The notes under the pieces: generated by a model
Databases searched by the model: none
What the model saw: only the letters and a program-made list of their open reading frames with translations
What the model was told of the DNA's origin: nothing
Source: Octopus sinensis
Taxonomy: Eukaryota
Direction: 5' to 3'
NCBI RefSeq assembly: GCF_006345805.1
Contig: NW_021835444.1
Coordinates: 1 to 47,425 of the forward strand
Length of the DNA stretch: 47,425 nucleotides
Made by a program: the position numbers and the translations under genes
Part shown: positions 12,261 to 25,561 of the stretch, piece after piece
Position numbering within the stretch: position 1 is the first letter of the stretch
How the letters are laid out: every line of letters starts with the position of its first letter

Positions 12261-12653
12261 TACTCTCTTTTTTACTCTTTTTACTTGTTTCAGTCATTTG
12301 ACTGCGGCCATGCTGGAGCACCGCCTTTAGTCGAGCAAATCGACCCCGGGACTTATTCTTTGTAAGCCCAGTACTAATTCTATCGGTCTCTTTTGCCGCG
12401 CCGCTAAGTGACGGGGACGTAAACACACCAGCATAGGTTGTCAAGGGGACAAACACAGACACACAAACATACACATACACATATATATATACATATATAC
12501 GACATGCTTCTTTCAGTTTCCGTCTACTAACTCCACTCACAAGGCAATGGTCGGCCCGAGGCTATAGCAGAAGACACTTGCCCAAGATGCCACGCAGTGG
12601 GACTGAACCCGGAACCATGTGGTTGGTAAGCAAGCTACTTACCACACACCCAC
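12261..12653 (-). mobile_element. SINE family 1, near full length
   Basis: Collinear with the 6053-6454 copy. Confidence 0.95.
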
Positions 12654-12720
<67 letters not shown>

Positions 12721-12722
<2 letters not shown>

Positions 12723-13243
12723 GCCCTGATGCAGTACCAGGCAGTGGCTCTCATGGCTTCTGATCTTAACTGATTATAAAAGATAGGCTACTGCATATAT
12801 TCTGCTCAATACCACAGATTTGCTTGTCAGTTGTTTGACCTTAACCAGTTGAGCATGTCCCTTAGTGGCTGACGATATGTGCATCTCTGATCACGAGCAG
12901 AAGTAGTGGGGGAGCATCATAGCCATGTGTTGAGAGGGATTCTTTGGGGTTTGAATAATTCACCCCTGGAAACATGGGTGGTTCATTCAATCCTTAAACA
13001 ACCCTTATTCAGGGACCTTTTGAGCGGGATGGCTACTCAACCTGAAGAAAATTCTAAACTGGGCCCCACCTGCAAGGTCATGTGTGTTTATCTTGATATG
13101 AGATCACCATGTCGCGCACATATGGTTGTGATGCATGTGCCTGTGTGTACCTTTATCAGACGGGTAATCATGATGGGTATATTGGGCTTCGTATGTTTAC
13201 CCCAGTGTCACTTTGATGGCATGAACTGCTCTCTCACTCAATA
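12721..13243. mobile_element. ~520-bp interspersed non-coding element embedded in (AAT)n; class and orientation uncertain
   Basis: Unique GC-richer sequence flanked by (AAT)n on both sides (12657-12720, 13244-13310). Its right end recurs at 29014-29080, again abutting (AAT)n. Confidence 0.7.
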
Positions 13244-13244
13244 A

Positions 13245-13312
<68 letters not shown>

Positions 13313-13439
13313 GGGTAAAATTGATTAATCAATTAATAATTAATAATTTTACGAAGTAGTTCGATATATTAAAAGAACCATTATCAGTAAACTTATACAA
13401 GATTTCTATAATTATGAGCATAATAATAATTAGGGTTCA

Positions 13440-14795
<1,356 letters not shown>

Positions 14796-15211
14796 ATGTC
14801 TCTGGATACAGTAAAACTTATCTTTATATACAGCTTCCAATAATGTCTGGTTATTATAAGTTTGGTTTAGCTTATATATATATCATCATTAGCCGAGAGC
14901 CTCGAAATACGAGAAGATATTTTCTTAATGATTGACTTTATTATGCCACTTGGATGATTCACACTTGGTTAAATAAATGAATGTCTAAAGTAAAATTCAG
15001 TTTGACATTTCTTTTCGTTAGCATTTTTTAACTGCTAAAATTATTTTCAGATGTTCAGTTTTTGTTTCTTCCAATTAGGATTACCATCTCAATATTTCGT
15101 TGACATAAATTTTCGTACTTATTATTATTAATTTTATATTATGTATGTATGTATGTATGTATATATATTCATGTGTTTGTGCATGTGTGTGTGTGTGTAT
15201 GTGCTTGAATA

Positions 15212-15257
<46 letters not shown>

Positions 15258-15274
15258 TATATATGTATATATAA

Positions 15275-15360
15275 TAATAAATATTAGGGAATAATCCAAA
15301 TTTACAGGAAAAATCGACAATAGACTGCATCCCATCTGACAGCTGTTTCTGCTTCCAATT
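15275..15360 (-). mobile_element. PLE-like terminal module with the 3' half of a hammerhead (GAAACAGCTGTC)
   Basis: Minus strand 15349-15338 reads GAA-ACAGCTGT-C (palindromic helix III plus GUC), but no upstream CUGANGA is present. 15275-15315 is homologous to 42991-43033, and both abut (TA)n. Confidence 0.5.
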
Positions 15361-16054
15361 TTCTTTCGAATTACCATTATGTTGCTGAGCGAATATTTAT
15401 CATAGTTGATAATAAAACGGATTTGAATCATGGTGCTTCATCAAGTGGAAAAATAAATAAATAGATAAAAAGAAGAGACAAGATAAGGAGGAGAGAGCCA
15501 TATCATGTTGCGTGCAGAGCCATTAGACGATATATATGTATGTATGTTTGTATGTATTTATGCATATGAATATGTATGTGTGTTTCTTTGAGCAAGCATT
15601 TTTCTCCCTACCACCGCCTGAAAACCGTTCTTAAGACAACTTCCCATTATGGCTGCGCTTCAATAACTGAGACAAGTAAAATCTAGTAAACTCTAAGCCC
15701 TATATACAGCATATACAGCAATATAGGACGCTGAAGATTTGCTTAAGTTGCATTTAGATGCAAGTGGATTGTAGTCAGCATTAACTGGAATGATTAACAA
15801 TATAGATAGCGTGAATGTGCGAGAAAATAAATAGCAGCTAAAAATCTAGTCTTTAAATCTAACACTTTCTGGTAGCAGTTTTTATTTAGGATCTGATAAT
15901 ATTTGATGTTGTTAAAATTAGTGCTCTTCGTGAGTTTAATCTGCATTCAAGTACATGTAACTTAGGCAGTTCTTCCCTATCATATTTGTATGTATGTATG
16001 TATGTATGATATATGTATATATGTATGTATGATGTATTTACGTATATATGTATG

Positions 16055-16088
<34 letters not shown>

Positions 16089-16556
16089 TACATACATACA
16101 TATATCTTTATATATATATATATATATATACATGCATAAATGAATATATATATACATACACACACATACATATATATTTACAGTATGTCTAAGTGTGTGT
16201 GCGTGGTATTTGCATGTATAATATATATATATATACCTATATATATGTATGTGTGTGTGCGCATATATATCTATATATATATATATATATATATATATCT
16301 ATATATATATATAATATATATATATACACACACAAGACAGAAAGGAAAACCAACAGGAGTCCTGAGGGGCGTTCACAGTTCATTTTACGTTGACACTTAT
16401 AGAAAGAATAATTATATGGAATAGATTAGAAGATACAGAGTAACAACAGAACGTTTCGTGCGTAGTCCTTCGTTGAATACTAGGGTAAAAACGAGGGTGC
16501 GGCATGGAAGAGAAGAAAAGTGATACGAAAGCAAAGAGGATAACCAGGAGCATGCT

Positions 16557-16606
<50 letters not shown>

Positions 16607-16607
<1 letters not shown>

Positions 16608-16990
16608 TCTTTTACTCTTTTACTTGTTTCAGTCATTTGACTGCGGCCATGCTGGATCACCACCTTTAGTCGAGCAACTCGACCCCGGGACTTATTCTTT
16701 TGTAAGCCCAGTACTTATTCTATCGGTCTCTTTTGCCGAACCCCTAAGTAACGGTGACATAAACACACCACCATCGGTTGTCAAGCAATGCTAGGGGGAC
16801 AAACACAGACGCACAAACACACACACGCATATATATATATATATATATATATACGACGGGCTTCTTTCAGTTTCCGTCTACCAAATCCACTCACAAGGCT
16901 TTGGTCAGCCCGAGGCTATAGTAGAAGACACTCGCCCAAGGTGCCACGCAGTGGGACTGAACCCGGAACCATGTGGTTGGTAAACAAGCT
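16607..16990 (-). mobile_element. SINE family 1, 5' head slightly truncated
   Basis: Collinear with the other copies. Confidence 0.95.
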
Positions 16991-16997
16991 ATATTAA

Positions 16998-17255
16998 TAA
17001 ATTTTGGGGTAGCAAAAAATTCTAGAAAAATTCTTCGCTACCAGCGGTCAAGTGAGAAAGAAAAAATAGTCAATAGACTATATGATATATATTCAAACAT
17101 ATAAGGGATGGCTATAATAGGACATCTGACTCACTAGAAAGAGCAGTTAAACTCCAAACCATTAATAGTTGTAATTCTGAAATGGAAAGAGAAATAAAAA
17201 CGTTTATCCTCTCCTTTCAGGACTATGCATAGTTTCGGCAATCTTTAGTAAATAA
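16998..17255 (-). mobile_element. Non-autonomous element (modules A+B) starting with a decayed hammerhead on the minus strand
   Basis: Module A (16998-17083) is homologous to 25562-25646, and module B (17094-17185) to the reverse complement of 25771-25870. Minus strand 17248-17221 reads CTAAAGA TTGCC GAA ACTATGCATAGT C. Confidence 0.65.
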
Positions 17256-17944
17256 CATAAATTTATTTACGATTGGAGTGCCTTTTCAGCAGAAAACCAA
17301 GGACTACCATATAGCCACAAGGCAGTATACTGAGAGAGAGACAGAGATAGAGAAAGAGAAAGAGAGATATATAATGAGTATAATGAGAGAGCTATAGACA
17401 GTCCTGGTCAAACGTCCGAACACGCCGACGAAAAGATATATTGTTACAAGTTTAATTAAGCTGTCGGTGAAGAGTGGAAGCCATGAATACATTGCATAAT
17501 AAATGAGGCAGATAACGTGAACATGGTTTACCAACGCACAAATATCAATGTTATAACGTTCACTACTTTATATAATAGATGTTCGCCTCCAAAACAACAG
17601 CAATGCAACCAAGCGTGCTTCCGAGAAAATTTGTGCAGTAATCTGCAGCATTTTTGTCTTTGAAATCCAAAATTTATGAAGCATTAGGAACAGCAACGTT
17701 CTTTATTATATGATCCATGCATTTTCTATAGAGTTCAGGTTCGGAGATATTTTTGGCCATTTAACTAAGAGATTAATAGCATTAACTCTAAGCCAGTCTA
17801 TTGCACATTTTCTCGAATGCTAACGTGCACCATCGTGTTCGGATATGTTGCAGTGTAGTTATGGGTAATCAAAGGAGAATGCAACATGCTTCAAGTGCCG
17901 AAACAGGATACTTAGTGTTTATATTTGTACCTTGAGTCATTACC

Positions 17945-18135
17945 ACAGAATTCGTAACGTGCCAGAAAAAATGCTTAGCGGTATTTCGTCTGTTTTTACA
18001 TCTTGCCGCGATCTACTTTTACTTTCATTCTTATGGGGTCGATAGAATATGTACCAGTTGAACACTGGGTACGATGTAACCGACTTTCCCCCTTCTGCCT
18101 CCCCTCCAAACTTGTGTCGAATTTTGAAGCCATCA
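17945..18135 (+). mobile_element. SINE family 2, degenerate copy
   Basis: ATGCTTAGCGGTATTTCGTCTG...GGGGTCGATAGAATATGTACCAGTTGAACACTGGG matches the family 2 body. Confidence 0.75.
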
Positions 18136-18181
18136 TTGAAACATCAATCGTTCCTTTTTATTACATTTTTTTGTCTTGAAA

Positions 18182-18715
18182 TGGCGAGCTGGTAGAATCG
18201 TTAGCACGTTGGGCGAAAAGCATAGCCGTATTTCGTCTGCTGTTACGTTCAAATTCCGCCGAGGTCGACTTTGCTTTTCATCCTTTCGGGGTCGATATAA
18301 TCGACTTAATCCGTTTATCTGTCCTTGTTTGTCCTCCCTGTATTTAGACCCTTGTGGGTAGTAAAGAAATAGGTATTTCGTCTGCCGTTATATTCTGAGT
18401 GCAGATTCCTCCGAGGTCGACTTTACCTTTCGTCCTTTCGGCGTCGATTAAATAAATACCAATTACGCACTGGGGTCGATATAATCGATTTAATTCGATT
18501 GTCTGTCCTTGTTCTTTCCCTTTGTGGGCAGTAAAGAAATAGGTATTCCGTCTGCCGCTACGTTCTGAGTTCAGATTCCTTCGAGGTCGACTTTGCCTTT
18601 CATCCTTTCGAGTTCGATGAAATAAGTACCAGTTACGCACTAGGGTTGATGTAATCGACATAATTCCCTTTGTTTGTTCCCTCTGTGTTTAGCCCCTCTG
18701 GGCAATAAAGAAAAA
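18182..18715 (+). mobile_element. SINE family 2 with three tandem internal units
   Basis: One head (TGGCGAGCTGGTAGAATCGTTAG), then three GTATT(T/C)CGTCTG...GAGGTCGACTTT(G/A)C(C/T)TTTC..CCTTTCG units starting at about 18228, 18372 and 18542. The central segment resembles, from memory, the Meta/MESC-type SINE domain. Confidence 0.85.
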
Positions 18716-19634
18716 AATGGTAACCATAGCATAGTTAATGGGTATTACGTGGTTCTTGAACATCTAAACATGGAAATGTAACTCGTGTATCGTGGATGAG
18801 TTCCCGAAATGACATTACATACAAGTTACTTCATGGTTCATTATTATTCACAGAACCTAATTTAAAACAGTGCACTATCATTATGATCCCTGAAAAGCGC
18901 TGACGGTCTTAGATGCTTATCCCCAGCCAAAGTTGTTTTTATCCCTTGAATGTATAGCAACACATTCAACATCATTCGTCAAACTTGTCTTCATGCTCCT
19001 GTTTTGGGTGTTTGCTTTCGCTAGGAATTTTGCTTTTATTGTATAGCTAGATGTAAAATAAGGCATTGCTGAAAAACAATGAATCGTGCGATTGTTTTAA
19101 AGGGCACACGTTTTTTTTCCCTGTTCTTCCAAATCCTTTGTATTCACCTGTCTGACTAGATAAATACAAATCTTTCTCGACAAGACAAACAGATATATTT
19201 ACCTGAAGTGGCATCTCTCTGCTCGTAAAACCATTGCTATGTAAAGCAACATTTTGGTTCATATGATTACTGATAACAATTCAATGAATTAAGAGTATTG
19301 ATCTAAGTTGCGGTATCTTAAATATCAAATAGAAGACGAGATTATAAAGTATTTTAACACTGACGCGTCATAATTCGTAATATGAATTAACTTTGTGACT
19401 TGCAAGTACATAATTGTTAATTGATTTTTATCTTTATTACAAACGCTAACAATTTATCTTCTCATTTAGACGTTTACCAATAAAGCAAATACTTACATAC
19501 ATACATACATACGAAGTGTTTTGACTTTTCTAGACGAGACATTTACTAATTTCAAAGACAGACATAACTCTGATCTCCTCGAAAGTAGGACCCCCATACA
19601 GTAACATACAGCCTCATACAAAAGTAGGACCCTC

Positions 19635-20380
19635 ATACAGCCTGTTGCTGCGTTCTAACCAATGTGTGAAGGCCCCATGGAAATCCTCAAAAGTGAAGGT
19701 ATACAAAATCCGTGTTTCAGCTTTCTTCATCTTTTCAATGTCTGCTAAATCACAACCCTTCAGATTCTCCCTCAGCTCGTAGAGCAAGTTCTGCAGTGTA
19801 GGAAAAGAAAGAGTTAGATTTTATGCCCATCCCTGTCAAATATTTGATTACAAGAATAGAATTGGAGACTGGCGCATTATTTTGGTGCAAATACTTTGCC
19901 CTTTTGTAACGAAACTCTTCTCGAACTAGCACAAAGCCTTCACAAAGTACTCTTCGTCGACCGTCTGTACAGAGGGCACCCAGATAATTCTTTGCCGTCG
20001 AAAAGGGGAAGCTTCCCCGGTAAACATACGTTCCCTAGCCTCTTGTGATAGGAAAAATACGGCTGCTTGGCTCATATAATCGATAAGAAGTCTGGAGAAT
20101 TTCATATGTTCCTGTACAGTTTTTGCCCACAGAATACTTTATTGCATAACGAATTTCCAGATTGTCATCTCTTCCATGCTGTATTCTGCAGATTAATCAG
20201 CTACGGCAAGTAGTGTTTAGTAAGGTGTGTCCAAAGAGCTGTTACAACAGTCTCCTTGACTCTAGAATAAAAATTTGGCGTCTCAGCTTGTTAGATGCCA
20301 AACAAAGATACACAAAAGTTAAAATAATCTCAGAAAGTTGTAACAACGCTTCTTACAAAACATCTCCAGACTTATGGAAT
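19635..20380 (-). mobile_element. Mariner (Tc1/mariner) element remnant, internally deleted transposase pseudogene
   Basis: Minus strand from the ATG at about 20177: DDNLEIRYAIKYSVGKNCTGTYEILQT (N-terminal HTH region), WVPSVQTVDEEYF, LHQNNAPVSNSILVIKYLTGMGIK (HQDNA motif decayed) and LRENLKG..TFTFEDFHGAFTHWLER, with frameshifts and stops. Confidence 0.88.
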
Positions 20381-20471
20381 GTATTGTGTGTATCTGTATA
20401 TATATATATATATATATATCTAATATATATTATATATATATAATATATATATATTATTTATATATTATATT

Positions 20472-20790
20472 TGTTAGTTAGTTTTTAGTTAATTTGGCTC
20501 AAAAGCAAATAGCAAGGCCATGTAGGGGGACTGGAGTTAAGTACAGGGTGGTATTCATGTAAAGAGTTTAGGCCACTTGAGGTCCAGGGAGGCTTTGAAC
20601 AAAGCGGTCGTCGGCATCTTCACTATCTCGTCTGGCAGCTTGTTCCACGGATCCCCCACCCGGACGGAGAAAGCTCCTCTCCTTCGATTGAGATGAAATC
20701 GTCGCAGGTAGTGCTTTTCGGAATGACCCCGCAGCCGACGCTCCGGAGCAGGAGTGAAGAACAGCTCTTTCGAGAGGTTACACTTTCCGC
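20472..20790 (-). mobile_element. CR1-clade LINE 3' end (5'-truncated)
   Basis: The ORF end RLRGHSEKHYLRRFHLNRRRGAFSVRVGDPWNKLPDEIVKMPTTALFKASLDLKW (stop at 20555) matches the CR1/L2 ORF2 C-terminus. It is followed by a short 3' UTR and a (CTAA)n tail. Confidence 0.9.
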
Positions 20791-20865
20791 TATGTATGTA
20801 TATATAAATACACACACACACGTATATATATATATATATATGTATTTAAGTTTGTATGTATAACC

Positions 20866-21268
20866 AAAGCCTTGTTAGTGGGGGGGCGGTAGAACTGGTA
20901 GACTGAAACTGAAAGATTACTGTTGTGTATATACATGTGTATGTGGGTGTGTGTTTATGTGTGTGTGTCTGTGTGTGCGTGTGTGTATGTATGCACACGT
21001 GTCTGTGTGTGCGTGCGTGAGCATGTGTGTGTGCGTGAGCATGTGTGTGTGTGCGTGTGTATGTGTGTGTGCTTATATTTGTCCTCCAGCACCGCTTGAC
21101 AACCTGTGTGGGTGTGTTTACGTCCCATTAACTTAGCCGTTTGGCAAATGTGACCGACAGAAAAAAAGTACCGAGCTTAAACAAAGATAGACACTGGAAT
21201 CGATTCAAGTCACTGGTCAAGCATGGCCGCAGTCAAATAACTGAAACGAGTGGAAGATAAAAAGAAAT
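20866..21268 (+). mobile_element. SINE family 1, degenerate and headless
   Basis: GGTAGACTGAAACTGAAAG...(GT)n...GCTTGACAACC...GCATGGCCGCAGTCAAATAACTGAAAC. Confidence 0.8.
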
Positions 21269-22102
21269 ATTTGGACGGCCACGGCTGGAATGTATTTGAG
21301 CTTCGTCTCGCAGAGTGAAGCCCAAGAAATTGTTAAGCGAATTTATGGCTAAATGCAAAGCAATATCTTATCCACAGGAATTTGTGTAGTCGAAGACATT
21401 AGCATGAAAATCAATCAATAACATAGAAGCAGATGAGTTTGATGTGCGATCTGACCTAACCTTGGTTGCAGCAGAACTGTGAGAGTTAAGTCGGTAAGAG
21501 CATAGATCTGCACACATTTTAATGCAGTAAACTGACATGAAACTTCCGAACTAACAGATTAGGCATAGCTAATCCGGCTGACTGACAACTTATCTGAGAA
21601 GTTTTCATGCTAGACACGTTATTGTAGTGTCAATCGATGGGGGAGAATAGCTTTCATTTCATTTATTTCATGGAAATAGAAAATTGGATAGTTGAAGCTT
21701 GTATGTTTTCCATTGATATGAAAAACGTGAGGAGGAGAGAAATAAATAGAAATTCTTAATTAGGTTATTTGTAGCCAGTTTACCGCCTTATTTCCATAAA
21801 TGTTCGTTTGTTATTTATTTCTTGTGAGTAAATCATGAACTGCAAAACAGTACACAACAAACACTACAAGCTCTTCATAGGAAACTAAATCTGCAAAAAT
21901 AGTAACGAAAGATCCCTCGTATCATATCTTAAAGCCTTAAACCCGAGGATGCTGTGTTGTTCATTGTAGTCTTGACTGTACAGACATATAAGATAATGGC
22001 GTACTTCTCCAATTGTTATCTAAGTGTGAACAACAGCGATAGAATTAATAAAAGAAAAGTAAAAAAAAAAAAGATTAGGTTATTTAAAATCAGTCGTTCC
22101 TA

Positions 22103-22550
22103 ATGCGGCAAACTGGCAGAATCGTGAGGACGCTGGTCAATATGCTTAGCGGCATTTCGTCCTGCCAGAAATGTTACCACGCCGGGCGAAACGCTTAGCG
22201 GTATTTCGTCTGCCGCTGCGTTCTGAGTTCAAAATCCGACGAGGTCGACTTTGCCTTTTATCCTTTCGGGGTCGATTAAATAAGTACCAGTTACGCACTG
22301 GGGTCGATATAATTGACTTAATCCTTTTGTCTGTCCTTGTTTGTCCTCTTTGTGTTTAGCCCCTTGTGGGTAGTAAAGAAATAGGTATTACGTCCTTCTT
22401 GATGTTTTGAGTGCAAATTCCGCCGAGATCGATTTTGCCTTTCAGCCAGTAGAGGTCAATGAAATAAGTTCAAGTTGAGCAATGAGTTCAATGTAATCGA
22501 CTTACCCGCTGCCCCGAAAATGCTGGCCTTGTGCCAAAATTTGAAATCAA
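22103..22550 (+). mobile_element. SINE family 2 with duplicated head and two tandem body units
   Basis: Same unit junction CCCTTGTGGGTAGTAAAGAAATAGGTATT as the 18.2-18.7 kb copy; ends GCTGGCCTTGTGCCAAAATTTGAAATCAAT. Confidence 0.85.
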
Positions 22551-22945
22551 TGTTAGTAGTTTCGCTTTTTCAAAGTCATATTAAAGATCACATACCGAAA
22601 AGCTCAATATACATCTGTTTTAATATGTACCAATACGACCTCATAAGAGTTTTCTCTCTTGGGAAACTGGATTCCTAAAAATCTGGTTTCTTTAAACTAT
22701 GTTAGGATTTGTTAGTTCTCTAGCTTCTCAACCAGCCGCTTGCTAAAATATTACAAATCTGACGCTATTGATAAAGGGAAGCGGTGACCGAAAAATCACT
22801 GAAGCTGCAATTAGAGGCCCAGCTGAATAAAAATTCTTTGTATGCAACAGAAGCAGTATTAGATTAAATGAGGCATCCATATATCATTCCTAATGCAGAC
22901 ACATCACGTAAGCAGTTTAACTATGGTATTCTTTTGGAGCATCTC

Positions 22946-23735
22946 TTTTAATGTAATAACTAATTATTTAGTATGATGTGTATATTCAGTGTGTGTCTTC
23001 ATATGTCATTTCGGTTATGCCATGTTTGTATCCCAGATGGACACACTAGGCGTAAGTATACAAAAATATGCCAGTAACAAATGAAAATCGTTTTCTATTT
23101 CGATTTTTTCTGAAGATGAAATTTTTAGACAAAGAAACAGATGAACCACTTTTGTGTGTGAACACACAATTAAAGCGCTTGTTCGACTGACTCGGAACAG
23201 CGTTATATACAATGTATTGGAATGTTCATACTCATCGATTTTTCGCTCCAAGTTTTAGTCCTGCAGAGGCCAGACTTTCATAATTCTGGTGACGATATAA
23301 TAAGCCGTAATCAAAATTAAGTACTGGACGGATATAATCGTTTTTGTTTGGATCAGTTCCAACATATGGCCTTGTATTCATGTAAGAAACACTTATTAGA
23401 TAAATATACATATTTTTCATTGTTACGCAGACATGTATTTCATCGAAAAAGATTTCTTGTACACCCACGAATGAATATATTATTGAAATTAACATTTATC
23501 TTATAAACGAAACACTCTAGTTTCATTTTCGAGCACTGCAGTAAATAGAAATAGAGAAGTTTTCTAAATTTAGCCTTACCGTCTTCCGCTGATGAAAGCT
23601 ACACGCGTGTAAGTGAATTAGGTGCAACATGGTGACAATAACATGAATCAAGTACAAGACTTTTAATGCAATAACTAATTATTTAGTATCATGTGTGTGT
23701 TTTCGTATCTCATATCGGTTATGCGATATTTGTAT
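22946..23735 (+). repeat. ~80-bp imperfect direct repeats (22946-23031, 23661-23735) flanking ~630 bp; possible decayed PLE with pseudo-LTRs
   Basis: Both repeats read TTTTAATG(T/C)AATAACTAATTATTTAGTAT.ATGTG...TCGGTTATGC.AT.TTTGTAT. A CTGATGA...ACACGCGTGTA motif at 23589-23611 precedes the second repeat. Confidence 0.6.
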
Positions 23736-24260
23736 TATTTATATTATATTATATTATATTATATTATATTATATTATGTTAGTTTATATTATATTATAGT
23801 ATATTATATTATAAATCTGATAATTGAGTTTGTACATATTTCGTTGAGTGTTATTGGAAGGCACAGCATGAAGCAAAATTCTTGTTATATATAAGAGGTA
23901 TATATTTGTTATTTGGTTGCTGCACACATAATAAGATAAATAGTTAGACAAATATATATATACATATATGTACATCAATATATACATAAATACTTGCGTA
24001 TGCATTATGTATATTTACACACACACAAATACACATACACAAACACACACACATGTATATATATATATATATATATATATATTAAGTGCATAAATATGTA
24101 TATATGCTACACACAAATACACACACACATATATATACATACATGAATACATATATATTATATATATATATAGGCACCAATATATAAATTATATATATAT
24201 ATATACAGACACATATATGCATGATGTATAATATATGTACATATATATAATATATATATA

Positions 24261-24303
<43 letters not shown>

Positions 24304-24828
24304 AAACTACTATTTTGTTCTTTTAATTTCGTAATTGTCATCATATCCCAATCTTTTATGATTTGGCAAAGTCTATTTCCCTTCGCAAACATGCAATTTC
24401 CTTTTCAACATCGAGATGTCCTCCACGCATTGGAGAACAACAACACCAAGAAGAATATCACCGACGATGATGACACCGACAACACTTTCCACCTATTATA
24501 TATGTATGTATGTGTATGTATGCATGTATCTGTGTGTGTTTATGTATGTATGCTTGTATGTGTGTATGTTTCTAGGTATAGATGTGCGCAAGTATATATG
24601 CATGCATGTATGTATATTGGTATGCATGTATGTATATATGTATGTATGCATCTCTCTCTTTATCCAGTCATAAGAGACTTGGTTGTTAATGGGAAACACG
24701 GTAAATGTTTTGTTGCCTATATATGTATGTGTGAGTATGTGTGTGTGTGTGTGTGGATGTGTGTTTGTGTGTATGTATATATGTATATATGTATATGTAC
24801 AGCCATATATATTATATACACAGAAAGA

Positions 24829-24919
<91 letters not shown>

Positions 24920-25561
24920 AGATGTACACGAAGTACGATCACTGCTAGAAATAGCAGGCGTTACGTTTTCGACGCTATATAGAGCTTCACTGCATATTTA
25001 TAGACAGAAATGTGCGGGACTGTGAATATAAGAAAATTCTGCCTTATCGCTAGCATGAACGATCAAATTATTTTAAACTATCCACTACATCTCTATTTGT
25101 TTACTCAGCTGATAGGCCCAGTCATAGCCAGAACCAAGATCAGTAAAAAAAAAATATGCTTAAAAATATAAATATCATTTAAATAACATTAATATCCAGG
25201 ACGAATAAAGCACCATAGAGGTAGAATTATAAATATATACAGCAAGGCTATACAAAGTACCCACCATTGGTAAAAATGGCAACCGGTAACTTTTCGGCGA
25301 TATGTAGAACTTCACTGAATATTTACAGGCAAAGATGGGTGCGGGCAGTAAATGAAAGAAAATTCTGTGTTACCTCTACGGAGAAATAAAGGATAACTCA
25401 CTACTGCAGATTCAAAGTTTTCAAATCACGTGTGTGTGCAGGAATTTGCTACGTTATCGTCAGTTGAGTCTACCATTTAAAATTCTAACTATATGGTGCT
25501 TTACACTTGCTGGATACTAATATTATTTTAATAGAATTTATATATTCATATATATATATAT

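Noticed and set aside
13330-13385. Minus-strand CTGATAA...GAAC motif
   Set aside because: Both core halves deviate and helix I does not form.
16445-16480. Minus-strand ACGAAGG...GAAACGTT resembling a PLE HHR end
   Set aside because: The core is mutated at several positions (TCAACGA) and helix II does not pair; at best a dead relic.
18182-18715. Repeat units with a CRISPR-like look
   Set aside because: Units are 140-170 bp of SINE body with no unique spacers, in a eukaryotic context without cas genes.
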